64,000 bases of DNA from Phoronis australis (Eukaryota > Animalia > Phoronida). The notes below the pieces were generated by a model. That model did no database searches. It saw only the letters and a list, made by a program, of their open reading frames with translations, and had not been told where the DNA came from. Position numbers and translations under genes: made by a program. The stretch is taken from assembly GCA_002633005.1 (NCBI GenBank), contig NMRA01000675.1, positions 54,980 through 118,979 of the forward strand. Direction: 5' to 3'. Positions 12,490 to 25,469 of this stretch are shown in pieces. How positions within the stretch are numbered: position 1 is the first letter of the stretch; every line of letters begins with the position of its first letter.

Positions 12490-13830
12490 ATTTTTAATTT
12501 TTTATTTTATAAAGAACAAAAATGCAAAAAAGACATGTGAGATGAAAAATGTAAACCATTCTCACTCTTAAAATACACACGCAAGCACTCACGAACCACG
12601 CACGCACACACCCACGAGCGCACATACACATCCGCCCCCTTCAACATGCCCACCCACTTTAGATATGATGTTGTCAGGAAAAATATGGTTAACCAGTTTC
12701 TCCAGGTTGCCTTCTATTCATCTAAATTTCCAATATTTAATAAAATTCTTCTTTGAATATTAAAACTCTCCTTCGAATATCTTAAGAAAATGACAGAAAC
12801 TGGGGCACCACCTAGAAACGTAAATTAAATGTTTTAATTGCAAAGGAATCCAATTTAAAACTTTATTTTCTCTACTTGTGGGCAAGCCAAAAATCATTGT
12901 TTTTGTCAATAATCAAATAGATACTTTTTTCGACAACACCCAGTTGGTAATTCTTCTATCAATATTTTTATACTATTATGTTTATAAAGGAAGTGATTTA
13001 CTGTTTCAGTTTGTGACTGGTAGAACTTACATACATCTCATATTTCACAGTCCACAAAAAGAGTATTCTTTGTAATAGTTTAAACTGCAGTGTACACAAC
13101 TTGAAATCGAAAGTAGTTTTAAAAGACAACGAATATGTATTTTTCCGACATCACTCCCAAAGTTATAACCTTCTCCTTGAAATCCTTTTTGGGCGATAAA
13201 CATTTTTGTTCTGGTAAATATTTTCATATACCATTTTACATATTGTTGTGCAGTTTAAAATTACAGATATTAAAAGGTATTAGTGGTCCATTTATCTTAA
13301 TTAAGTACATTTGTAATGGTGTTCTCGGAAGCCACCTAATAGACTCAATTAGCGAACAATATTCCAAAAAGTATGCATATTAGAGATCTTTTTAAATTCA
13401 GTATATGAGTAAAACCTGTTATTTTCATCAAGTAGATCATTAATAAAAAGAACCACCACTTGCATACCTGCTAGTATTTCATCATTATGCCATAAATTTG
13501 TCGAGAGTAAATCATTCGCATCTTTATAGGGCTGTTTACGTATGAAAAAGGAACAGTTACTTAGAACTTCGTTCCAGAAAGAATTGGCTACTTCAGTATG
13601 ATTTTTAATATAATCATTTCCAAAATTTATGATATTTGACTTTGCAATCCCCGTTTCTAATTCAAATAGTTTCAATCGTTTTGATTCAGAAGTGAGTAGT
13701 CTTTTTATCCATTAAATTTTTAAAGCCATGTTAAAAATTATATTCGTCATTTTTACTCCCCCTTCCTCATCAGTTTTAATTAATACATCTCTGTTCACTT
13801 TCTCAACATTGTTATTCCAAATAAACTAAA
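12490..13830 (-). mobile_element. L1/Tx1-clade LINE 3' remnant
   Basis: Decayed ORF2 C-terminal peptides (FIWNN..EKV.R.VL......GG, WIKRLL, FWNEVL, LWHN..I, INDLLDEN..F.SY.EF) with stops and frameshifts, followed by a (GT)n-like tail near 12570-12630. Confidence 0.7.
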
Positions 13831-15802
13831 TTTTTTTGAGTTTAATTCAAAACTGTGTTGTATTATCATTGTGGTCAAACATAGATGAAACATGCCATAT
13901 GCAACATAAAACTTTTAAACTTTTAGTGAAACCCTAGAAAATTTTTCCACGAAGTACAGCATACATGTAGAACCTAATGATATATGATTGTGGCAGACTC
14001 ACTAAAATATCAAGCAACATTAAATAAACTAAAGGATTTAACTTAAGAAATTATATATATTTTTAAAGTAAATATTCCGCAAAAGTTGATATTATACCAA
14101 TTGGCCAATAATTAGGTCATACGACCATGGATCAACAACACCACTGATATAAATGTTCAAAATAAAATCTCAATGTTGCTGTTCCAGGCTTATAAATTGT
14201 GGTTTCGTTTTTGTTTTGTACTTATTTAAGAAATTTTCATCAAAATATTTAAAATACTATTTTTGAGTCCTTCTCATGCACAAATGTAACAAGATAAACA
14301 GCCGCATGCTTAGCACCAGTGAGCTGATAAAGTTCTTAAGAAGCGTTAGCAGAGCTCAGTGACTAGGCGCCGTCCAAGCTCGTTTCACACATATACAACC
14401 CTGTACAATTCAATCACGGTTGTCTTCCGTTCCTAGTCCATTTACTACAGAATGGCTATCTTGCCAGACTTGAGCTCATGCGAAGAACACAAACCTCACA
14501 CAAGCTCACGACAGAACGCACTCGGCAACTGCAGAGTCCATGTTGTGGACCTCAGAGCTAACCATGCCACGTCCGCGCCTGAGTGTCCCCCAGAAGCAAT
14601 TGCCTTAACACGCACTCAGTCCGGGAAAAACAACCGAAAGTTCGACGTCACGTCCAACAAAGTTTGAATGCTTTATTTGGCAACGACACCTGCACCTGAA
14701 TACACAATAGCAGGGAATGTACGCGGAAACGCCAACACCGCCAGCTGGCGCTATCAGTCGAGACAATAAAACAAGCTTAGCATAACTACAGATATACCAC
14801 TAATAAGCCAATGAAGGCAAGTACAGACTAATTCAAACTATCAATACAACAACAACAAAACGATAAGCAGAGTACTGTCGCAACCACTATAACACAACGA
14901 AGGTAAAGTGACACTTATTGCATGACACAAATCTCTCACTACTTACATGTATATCTAAAGAACTGTTAAAGTAAATGCATGCTCATATAAAGTTGTCTGT
15001 TCAATGCACCCCCAATACACAGCAACAAAAAAGATATCCCCCACCAAAACGACTAAGTAAATGTTTCGTTAGTTAAATGTAACTTCATACTTGATGCAGC
15101 TATCAACGAAACAATTTTTGTTCTACAGTGGATATTTTTGCAATTATTGCGACCTAAGTCTTTCTTTGTGTTTGCTTATACCTACATGTACATGTACCTT
15201 CTAGTATTTTGAATATATGCGAAATTATTGTTTTATCGTGTATTGCCAATTTAGTAAGGATATAATTCTCAGTAACAATACTAACTGAAGACATTCATGT
15301 GATATCCGAAGACAGTCTTCTTTAAAATTGGTGTGGGAAGTTCCGTTTTCTACACTATCGGTCATAGATACGTTATGGTAGCAACAACCTTAGTTTGCAG
15401 TAGGACATTTTAAAGCATTCTAGTAGTTTCCAATATATCAGTGATTGACAGGTATCAGTTGTCCGGAACATTGTAGAGCCTAGTGATTGTTTATAAAATG
15501 ATTGTGTCCGTCCAGAAAAGTTCAGCGCTTGAGTTTAAAATTCAACACTGAGACCTCAACAGTGGTGAAATTTGCTTTTGCACAAAACGACACTACTCAA
15601 ACTGGTTTACATGAGATCTTTATCGCCACCTGTTGTTCAAGCAAAAACTAGTCTGGGAAGTAATAGAGTTGAAGTGTTCCCGAGAGGATGTAGGATCAAA
15701 GAAGACAAAAATGGCAATTTACTGGAAGAGGGGAGCTCGGCTAACTGCGGACGTTGTAAAAATTAGCTTCCCAGCGAAAAATCAAAAAATGACAAGACGC
15801 AC

Positions 15803-16065
15803 TCAAGAAAAGTCACGTGGCCTTATTTTCATCTCCGATTCTTTCATCGAGTAGAAGTAGCCGTGAAGCGTCGTCCACAATGTTCCTTCACTTGGCAAGT
15901 CATCACTGTAATATCCTCTCAGATACAATCCGTTCAAATTCGCTTCGAAACACTCATCGTACCACCAGCCGCCGTGAAAGTAGTGCGCACAGCTTTCCTC
16001 ATCGTTATCGTTATCATTGTCAATTGTTGAAAAATTACATCCGCCGTGATACGTCAGTGAATCAC
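15803..16065 (-). CDS. Gene B terminal exon
   Basis: DSLTYH...FSTIDNDND...[21 protein letters not shown]...[14 protein letters not shown]; ttccag acceptor. Confidence 0.93.
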
Positions 16066-19000
16066 CTGGAAACCAAGCACATGTTTCATAAACGTGTTTA
16101 CAAGTATGGTCGTAGGTTAGAGAGCTGCAAGCACCTTACTGCAAACGTGACGGTGGGAAATGTTATATATAACTTTCGGTGTAAAAAAACACATTTGATT
16201 CTAGGTTTCAACTCATTTTGAGATCCGCAAAAACCAACAGCGATGTACGACTGTATTATTTTCAGCCAAAGTTTCACAAGGCAAGGCTTCAAATACCATG
16301 ACTTGGGTAAAAACAATGAGATAAATATAACCATATATAGCTCACTGGGTAAAAACGTCTCGTCTGGTATTTTTTTGAAAACGTAAACAACTAAAAGTAT
16401 CGCTCCACCGACAAACATGGATCAGAACCAAGGCACGACATTACATCAGGCATAATTTAGATACATCGAGATGCCCCTCACAAACTATACTGATATAATA
16501 TATGTGTGGTAGAGGAGATGCAGTCACAGTAATGTAGCTAGTCACAATCTGAACTGTACTGTGCCGATAAATATCGATCAGATACGACCAATGTACATGT
16601 AACAACCTTAGATCAAACGGACCTCACAATCAATTCGGATGCATGCCACATATCATTGGGTTCGTTTTGACGAGTTTTAATTACGCAGAAAAAGCTGTTG
16701 ATTTCAAGTACAAATACTATGAACAGCAAGACATCCTGGGCTTTGGCGCCTCACTGTTCATGGTATCAAAGTTATCTCAAGCCTTATTCAGTGGCTTCCA
16801 TTCTAACTCGTATATTAAGAAAACTAAGCTTTGTCAACCACTAAAAGTGAAAGAAAAAATATCAGGGAATACAAAAATATGTTATATATTTATGTACCAT
16901 TATTATTATGTTTTGTAAAAACATAGAATTGGTATTCGTCTTTGTTGCGTTACGCAAAAACAGTTACGTCATGTATCCCATGAACGGCGTTCCGCTCATG
17001 GGATGTATGATATTGCAGTTGGATGTAAACAGTAATTGCATAGATATCAGGTCCCCAGTATCTCAGTGGTAAGAGCACTAGACCGGCTAATTAGAAACCT
17101 GTTGGTCGATTCCCAGTTGGGGTTCCTGATTTTTCTATGTTTATTTGATGTACATATACATGTAGTTCATTGTTACACACGCCACTGACGCGAAACCAAG
17201 TAACAAATGGATAACAGAAATCGAGTCGGTGGTTAAAGCACGTCATTAGCATGAGATCGAAACAGCGAAATGCCGAATTATCTAGCTAATTAAAGAAATT
17301 AGATGATGGCTTATCTCTTCTCACATCTTTCTGTGTTCGTAACCAAAGAGTGACAGAGGCGTGTGTCAACTCGGAGCATTCGTTTTCAGCGGTCGTATGC
17401 TAGTAGAGGCAAAACTCAATCAGGATCAAAGCTAGGTTTTGTCTTTGTTTTTCCTGGAACCGTGCTATCATGTGTACACCTCGTCGATTCAACATTATGG
17501 CGACTCGGTAAATGAACGGACTGAGGGTACAAACGAATCTGCTATGCACCTGGCGAGAGATTCGATTTGGGTGACAACCCTGTAACCTTTGACGTCAGAT
17601 AAGTAGTAGACAAATTTCCATGCAGTTGTGCGGTTCTAAGGAGGTTCTGCTATTTTTTTTTCTCTCTACACGGTAAGTTTTTCATATTGGGAGTTCCTCA
17701 AGAATGAAGACAAAGTATTTTGATAGACATATCGGAATAAATGTAAAAATGGACAATTTTTGTGAGTAAGGTTTGAGATATCATAAAGTTAGCAGTTTAC
17801 AGCATGTAGATGGCCAGGCACACAGCAACCACTCACATTTTATTGCTGCAGGAAATCAATGATACTTGTACGCAATGACTTAATAGCAGAACATTTTTGC
17901 ATGATTTCCATCATTAATAGTGGCTCTGTTTTGACTCCGGTCGAAATGCCACGCAAAACGTGACTGAGTTGGATACCACCGGGCGGAGTGATATCATCCG
18001 AGCATGCACCGAGTGTGCGAACTAGAACAACTCTAAAACTAAACTTTGCCCAGAGGTAAACGGAAATCCGACTTACGAGAGTTGCATTACACACGGAAAA
18101 ATGACATCGCTGGGAAAGAGTGGCGTCGAATGTTTGACTCTTCAAAACAAACTGAGCCTTGAAATAAGGCGAGTGAATGGTTCTTGCTTTCTTCAAGTAT
18201 CTTTGCTAATGGAGCTCAACCTGTTTTGGCTTAATTGCAAATTCATTCTTTTTAGGCCATTTCCACCCTCAGAAGCAGCGCTCAATATATCTTTAACAAG
18301 AAATAATAATGTCTTAAAGGTTATGGGTCCAAACCATTGATAACCTGCAAAGTTTGTCTTCATCTGGATGTTACAGTTAAAGTGCAAAATAGTATGTATG
18401 ATAAAACTGTTAAAATGTTGAGTCGTTTTTGTTTTGGGGGGCATGTGGTATCATAGGCTTTCAGATTCTTCCAACAATTTGTCCAATAATTTTTTGTAAT
18501 GATGAAGGGTAAATGGTTTAACAACTCTAACTATCACACACATTTTGGCTGCCTTGAGATGTTTGGCTGTATAGTTTTATCTGTACGTCATGCCAACTTG
18601 GCAGGGCGTAGACGCAAGACTGACGTCGAGTAAATTTAGAAGTATGATGACGTGCTTCGGTTGTAATTCATGACGATGTCTCGGAAAGAATTGCATGATC
18701 TTGTTAGTGCATTGCGCCTAAGAAGACGGTACCCGGTTGCGAGAATTCCAAACGAATTTCATGTACAACCAAGACTTAACGGAAGTACTGCCTACATGCT
18801 CACCTGCCGTGCTATTGCTGTAATAAGCACCCAGTGTCAATCTGTACTTCTCCGATTCGCCCGTTATATAAAATGACCTATACAACGAAAAGTATTTGGT
18901 GTTGTTGAAATCCTCCAAGTCGACACGTAGCTCGAATACTGTTGGACGATCGACAATGTTACGTATATTATCGTTACCTGTGAAACGAAGTGGGACAGAA

Positions 19001-22000
19001 TCAGGCTTACAGCCAAATGCAACGTTCCTGATTTCAAAGAACAAATTATCTTACCTTACCACGTTTTATGACCTTGGACCACTGACCTTCGTGTCTTCCG
19101 AAACTTAGTTAGTCATCCTTGGATAAACACCAATAATTCAAAGAAAAGTAAAGACCACAGTGGCGTTTATTTGCAATGGATAGGGGCATGTTTCTCCTCT
19201 GTTTTGGAACCTGTTCAACTTCTACAGCAGGGATACCTGCTGTCAGTCTGAATGTGCTCCACCAACGAATCATTCCGATGAAAGAGATTGCTGAGTAAAG
19301 AATGGGTTTGCAATGACGGCAGTAATTTAACTAATAGGGACTCATAAGGAACCCTTTCCGAATATTCAGTGGACGAATGGAAATTAAGCTCTTCAGTGAA
19401 CACACGTGAGTTAAAAGGAACATGTTCATCTGGAAACAATAACGATGAATTTCAGGTTCGTCACAAAACTCTTAAAGTCTTCACTAGATGTAATATGCAC
19501 GGATATTTCCTTACCCAACCAATATTCGCCATATGGAGACCCAAACCCTCGTTTGTAGTCCGACCAACGAAGCCTAAAATCTTGCGAGCCATCAAAACGC
19601 CTTTGAAAGACCTGTAAGAATGACAGAAATTTGATATTTTAAAATTTCGGGTTCAAGCTACATATGATTAAACACTCCAAAATTTATGTTTTCAGACTGT
19701 TCACTTGAAAGGCGAACTTGTACAGCTGTAAGACTGATGCGTCTTTACCAGACAACCAATATTTGATTCGACAGTGCTTCACGAATAGTCAGTTGTGGAT
19801 GATGCTGAAAGTATCAGAAAGGGCCACTTCGAATGAAATTAAACTTTGTTCATATATGTAGCTGGGAGCTACGCACCTACGATGCGCGTAAGGTTAGCTC
19901 ATAGCTTAAATCTGCGGCAAATTGAACCGTAAGGAGTGTATCTAGTGAGGCGGTGAATGTCTCACCCGTTTTAATTGTTTTGCTTGGTAAGCGTAAATCT
20001 CCACAGCATACGGGGGAGGTAAGCTACATGTAAGTACCTAGCCGATTACTTTTGGTAACCGGCAATAACAAACCACTCTCTGGTTAGTTGTCATGTAATA
20101 AAATTACGGTTGATGATTTATTACGAACGGAGTTTCCTGCTCAGTGAGCATTTTTCCTCGCTGCTTACAGGTAGTAATGAATTTAATTTAAAGCACGCAG
20201 CTTAGCTGGTGCCTCCCAGTCAGCAGTGGCCGTAAGAGCCAGCGAAGACGAATAATTGCTAGCCGTTTTGTTGTAAGCTCTTCCAAATCCGTGCAATCTG
20301 TCTTGGTCAGGAATAATGTGAGCCCCAGTTTCATAGCGGTAAGTGGTCAAATTCAAAAGATGATCAGATGTTTTTGAAGTTGAAACTGGGTAGGTTATCC
20401 CTTTCCGTGTATAGTTTGACACCATCTTCACATGCATTCCTTCAGGCACGGGGTCTGCTCTCACAATATCTATGTATATATCTTTAATTGATCACATGTT
20501 TATTCACTCTCTTATTCGTTGATTGTAAATGGGATATTTAACAGTGTAATTTCACCGATTTTAAGTCTTTAATTTTGTGTTAGATTTTAGACATAAGGTT
20601 GTAGGATGATGTTTTCTTGGTTTAGATATTTTTGGTTTTAATTTCGTTTGCGTTCTGCAAACGCAAATTAACCCTTGAATCCAAAATATGGTGAATATGG
20701 TCTGAATTTTGTTGAATATGGCTAGTAGTAGGTCCGGTAATATTTTCACTAAACCGTGATTCGCCTATTATCCTGAACACGTTTCAAGTATAGTCCCAAT
20801 GCTGTTCTCTGACCCTAATTAAATATGCAAACAAACATCTCGGGAGTGGGATTGTTGGTGCCTACCAGTGTCCTTCAGCTTATCTCTGCACTTGATTTCA
20901 CTGAGAAAATGCATTGTCATGTTTGAAGAACACTGTCTGAACTACACGTGAATAAAATATTGGAAATTTGGCATTTACATGTGTGCTAATGACGTCACTC
21001 CAGCTATACTGTCTGCATTCAGCGATAGTTAGGATTATACATGTCTTCTGCCGTTCTACCGTTTCAGAAGTCCTAGTCAATAGGCACGGTGGTTCAGTGT
21101 TGTCGGAAGGAGAAAGGGCGATGGATCAGAAATGAAACGGACAGGAAGGGTTGACTTAAAAATGGACCTCACGAAAGGAATGATGAAACGAAGGGAAAGT
21201 ACATAATAAAAAGAGAATTTAAAATGACTTGACTAAGGACATTGAGTCGATGGAGAAGAAGAACAGAAGTCTTCGCTAAGGATGCTGGTTCTCTTCGCCT
21301 CAATATTAATTGTAACGCTCCCGTATTCTTGATCACATGTGTTATTAATGAGCTTGTGTATATGAATATGTCGATCTCAATATGGCATGGGAAATATGCT
21401 GTAAACATTATTAAATCCAGTCAGCATGCCATATGTTGGCCACATCACGTGAGCTAATGAAAATAAGTCTGAAAAGATTTCTGCCCCTCCAAGATTCGAA
21501 CCCAGGATCTTTTGCTAACCGTGTAGATGACTTTGTCTCGATAATGCGTTGAACAGCAAAATAAAAAACAAGCTGGACGCAGACATTGCACACGATTGAT
21601 ATCTATGTTCACAGTGACAAGATAATCATAAATCTGTTACGTTTTATAATATTCAATGATGAAAACCAAATATTATTGTGAAAGCTGATTAACAGCAGTG
21701 AACAGAAACAATAAGCAAAACATACACTGCACCCCAGTACTGGCGTGGCACCTGTCCCATGCTGTTTAGGTACCAGATTTGTACTAAAAAAAGTACCGGA
21801 ATAGCACCCCCATAGCCCCATGCCGGCGCAGTACCAGTTTGGTTATGTGTCATTGTAATTTGTTCCGCATTGTGGTGACCCGGTGCCGGCTTGGCAGCAT
21901 CTCAGCACCGCCATTGATCTGGCAGCATTTCACATGTAGTGGCGTGGTGCTGGCTGGGCCGGTGCTGGCCTGGTGCCGGCTGAGTGACCGAACTGGTGGA

Positions 22001-25000
22001 AATATTGTGCGCAAGCGGTGCCGGACCCGGTACCGTTTTGGTACCCTGCGCCGGTACCGTGCTGGAACTAGCATGTACCATAATGTTTGCTGGGATCTAA
22101 ACTGCAGCTCAGATCATAAGCGTAGCATTCACATGGTTAGAAGGAGCCAACGAGAGAGATTTGTTTCAGTACACTGTAGTCTGTTGTCTGATCTGTATTC
22201 AAAAATCGCCAAAAAAGGAGCACAGTATTTATTTTCGAATTACGCTACATGTCCTAGTGTTCACTAGTGGGCTTCACAGCTATGTCTAGGATTTCCCGTT
22301 GATATCCTCTAAACGGACACAATCGGTTTTATAGGACATCGCATTGAGGCAGATCCATGTAGAGTGCGACAGATTTCTTGAAGTTATTAGTGCATTGTCC
22401 AGGATTACAAGACAGTGAAAATTATTTATTATTGTTTAATTATTAATGTATTTACAATGAGGGTAGCCCCATCAGTTCGCACTGCTTTCCATGGGGGCCC
22501 TCAGTAAAAAACAAACAGATAGTAAGACAAAAACAGAATTACAAAATGAAAGACAAATTTAAATAATAAGCAAAGAATAAGAAATTAACATGGAAAGATT
22601 GATGAAGCAAAATAAAAATAAAATATGATGAATAAAAGATAAAAAAATTAAGACAAGATAATTGACTAAAAATAAAAAAAATGAAAAATATAAATATAAA
22701 AAATTAAAGCAGACAATAATTAATTAATAAAAGTAAGACATTATATAAATAACAAATGAATAAACAAGCAATTAATTCTTAGAGTTAAGTCTACTTCTTA
22801 TAATTTTTTTAAGGTTAGAAAGGATGATGTAGATTTGGCATCTGCAGGGAGTTCCATAAAAAGGGCCCGCTGTAGGAAAATGATTTTCCCATTCTCGCTT
22901 CTGCGTTTAGGAATCAGATGATGATGAAATATGTTTTGTTTTGTGGTTTTATCATAACTTGTCAAGTCATAATAAATGCTTTATTCCAGTCAGAATTAAA
23001 AGAAATCGAAGTGGCGACCTCGTTAGCTTTTTTGTTGGTGGAGAACCTGAAAATGGTTGACGCAGGTGGTGCGTAGGGCTGATAAAAACAAGCATGAAAG
23101 AGCCAAGGTATATTCTCTTGATTTAAATGTGAGCAAAAGGAGAAGAGCAGAAGTAGACTGGAGGAGTAACCGCTAGAGAACAAGGCAGAAGGAAGAGAGT
23201 CGAGCGACTTACTGCCGCAAGAAATGTGTTGAACATTTAGAGAAACACCGACCTTTTTCGCTACAATATCGGGTGGGTTTACGTTCCTCTGCCGCCTTCC
23301 AGAAATAGACTGGCATTCATGACTACTATTATCAATTAATCAAGTGAATACCTTGCTGAGTCTCAACAATCTTAAAAGATCTTGGAATGTCAACATAATT
23401 ACACGTAACAAACTTTTCTAAATTACCAAATCCACTGTTGAGATCATATTACCTTACGATTCTAATTGCAAGCCTAATGTATTTTGTGTGGGAATGCCAA
23501 GTATTGCCACACTACTGTGTTGTTACACTTCCTACCTAAATTCAAAATTGCATGCCGGACAGGGAAGTTGCAAATCAGGCGGAGTTTTAAAATCTTGTGC
23601 TTCAACACCTGGGGAATACGTGGACTCCTGGCCTCTCACAGTTATATGAAATGCGTAAAGGACGAACACAGTCACAAAATGAAATCCCAGTATTTTTATA
23701 TAAAAGGCTCGAACGACTTTGAAGTATTTTTTGAAATAATTTTGTAAAATTCTGTTTGCATTTGATAATTCTCTTACATTTTAATGTCGCCGATTATGTT
23801 ATTGCAAGCGGAAAAAATCGGTTGCCCCTTTATTTTCGTTCACAACTACAGCTACACGCAATCCTTTGACAGATACATTAGTTTTGCTTAGTCCAAGCTG
23901 AAAGAAACATTTAACACTTAGCATTATTTTAAAGGACTTATTCCCATTAAAATGACGTTGCCAAGAAATCCATTTTCGACCTTCAAATGTAAGAAACTAT
24001 ATTTGCGTATAAGTAGCCCCAACTGAAGGCGGCCAAAAAGGGCCCCTGAGTGAATTCGGAAGCCCTGCTCTTGGTGGTGTTCAGACGCAGCGCTCTTTAT
24101 TGATATAAAAGTCCCCACTTCTGAGGATCTAAATTGAATTATTGCTATGCCATTTTAATAAGAATATATCGTTTAAAAATAAGCTGTCGTGAATATTTTC
24201 ATACATTCACTAGTGAAAACTTTGGATACGACACAAACTATCTCCTTGGAGTTTGTTAGTGTACAGCGTTTTCTTGCTGCAAAGCAAAATACTCGGAATG
24301 TCCTTACCGTCCACCCTCCTCCGTCTGTTTCCATATCACAGTACACGGCAGAAGGACACCAATCTGTATTTGGATAGATGAAGTAGACTCCACTTATGTT
24401 GGTGCCGTTGGAAAACAGTTCGGAGCAGTCTGAAAACAATTTTTATGTTTTGAGCCCAGGAATATAGTTATGGGCCCAAGTCTATAGTTCGAAGGTTCTA
24501 TAGTTCGAAGGTTCCGTAATTCGAAGGTTATATGGTCCGAAGGCTCTATAGTCCGAAGATTCTATAATCTGAAGGTTCTATAGACCGAAGGTTCTGTAGA
24601 ACCTCCACGTTTGCTAGATTTCTGGACTGTCGACCCTTCGGTCTTGTGGACCTTTGGAATTAAGAGGCACGCTCTTGACGTAAAGCTTTTCACTAAAGAA
24701 GCAGGTTTTAGCATCATGAATCCAATTATTCAAGTAATGCTTACGCATCAAATTGACATTTTCCAACATTCAAGTAAGTCCAAACTAGATCGTAGACAGG
24801 CATGGAACTCCGAACAGAGAAGTGTTCTTAGACTGAATGATGGCACTAGTCCTAGGATGCAGTGAATTGCTTTTTCACTTTATAGCTAAAATAAGAATTT
24901 TTTCAATAACTGTTGTAGACCATGAAAGTAATGCTAATGTCAGTCGGTGATACAATCTTGTTAAACAATAACCAGCAATTTTGAAAGATGGCCAAGAAGA

Positions 25001-25469
25001 GTTTTTTTTAATGTTTTCGGATTCTAGTCCATAAAAGTTACGTTACTACCCTCCACTGAATTCCTTTGGCCAAAACATCAAGTGTCGTCATGCAGATAGC
25101 TACACCGTGTACGTGCATACGACATGAGTGATAAGAGATTGACCGACCTGTTGGTTTCCGCAATTTCCATGTCCCCCATCCTTCTCCATTAACAAGCAAC
25201 GAATCTGCCTCACATAATTCGCATGTGGACGTGTTCTGCTTCACCGCCACATAATTGCACTCACAACGACTGAGACACGCTGCAAAGCAATCAAGAAGAA
25301 GACTTTTGTTGTCTTCACGTCGACATCCTGTTGCGCGAATTTTGCTATAAAATACAAACTGTCCTTCAGATATTAACCCTGTTTTACTCTTCATAACAGT
25401 TTCAGCAGAACATGCCAACAGAAATAAGACGACCAGGGAATAACGCGCGCAATCTTCCATAAACATCAT
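15803..25469 (-). CDS. Gene B (spliced): secreted PAN/apple-like + fibrinogen C-terminal domain protein (ficolin/tachylectin/MFAP4-like FReD), 325 aa
   Basis: Exons 25469-25148, 24429-24308, 19611-19515, 18977-18804 and 16065-15803 (978 nt) join in phases 1, 0, 1, 1 without internal stops; motifs [24 protein letters not shown]...[34 protein letters not shown]. Confidence 0.93.
17052..17123 (+). other. tRNA-derived (SINE-head-like) sequence or pseudo-tRNA
   Basis: CCCCAG/TTGGGG acceptor-like stem, A-box-like TATCTCAGTGG and B-box-like GGTCGATTCC; anticodon arm degenerate. Confidence 0.5.
18804..18977 (-). CDS. Gene B exon 4
   Basis: NDNIRN...[11 protein letters not shown]...[21 protein letters not shown]; tcacag acceptor, gtgagc donor. 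Confidence 0.93.
19515..19611 (-). CDS. Gene B exon 3
   Basis: [33 protein letters not shown]; ttacag acceptor, gtaagg donor; absent from the ORF track. Confidence 0.93.
21733..22094. mobile_element. GC-rich non-autonomous DNA element with CCCAG...CTGGG ends
   Basis: Terminal inverted 5-mers; interior full of short ggtacc/ccgg/tgctgg repeats. Confidence 0.4.
22430..22960 (-). mobile_element. CR1/L2-type LINE 3' end
   Basis: Frameshifted IPKRRSE.GK.FSYSGPF.WNSLP.D.K...S...LK, then a pyrimidine-rich 3' UTR, a GC hairpin (gagggccccc...accctc) and an (AAT)n-like tail. Confidence 0.65.
23160..23400 (+). repeat. Dispersed repeat, also at about 25915-26190
   Basis: Shared blocks gagtaaccgct, gttgaacattt.agaaac.cgaccttt and cttccagaaataga. 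Confidence 0.55.
24308..24429 (-). CDS. Gene B exon 2 (FReD start)
   Basis: DCSEL...SGVY.IYP...[13 protein letters not shown]; tttcag acceptor, gtaagg donor. Confidence 0.93.
24480..24665. repeat. 16-bp subterminal-type tandem repeats (gaaggttctatagtcc), likely a non-autonomous DNA transposon remnant
   Basis: About 7 tandem copies followed by degenerate inverted copies. Confidence 0.7.
25148..25469 (-). CDS. Gene B exon 1: signal peptide + Cys-rich PAN/apple-like domain
   Basis: Hydrophobic [13 protein letters not shown]; C..AC....C..V......CELC....GW..W pattern; donor ACAG|GTCGGT in phase 1. Confidence 0.8.

Noticed and set aside
14340-14900. Possible LTR-like segment
   Set aside because: No second LTR, primer-binding site or gag/pol remnant recognised.
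15817-16418. ORFs 15817..16221 (+) and 16098..16418 (-)
   Set aside because: Antisense shadow of the FReD terminal exon and intronic sequence, respectively.
17052-17123. Functional tRNA gene
   Set aside because: Anticodon and T arms pair poorly; more consistent with a SINE head or pseudo-tRNA. The same holds for 28253-28321 and the B-box fragment near 21490.
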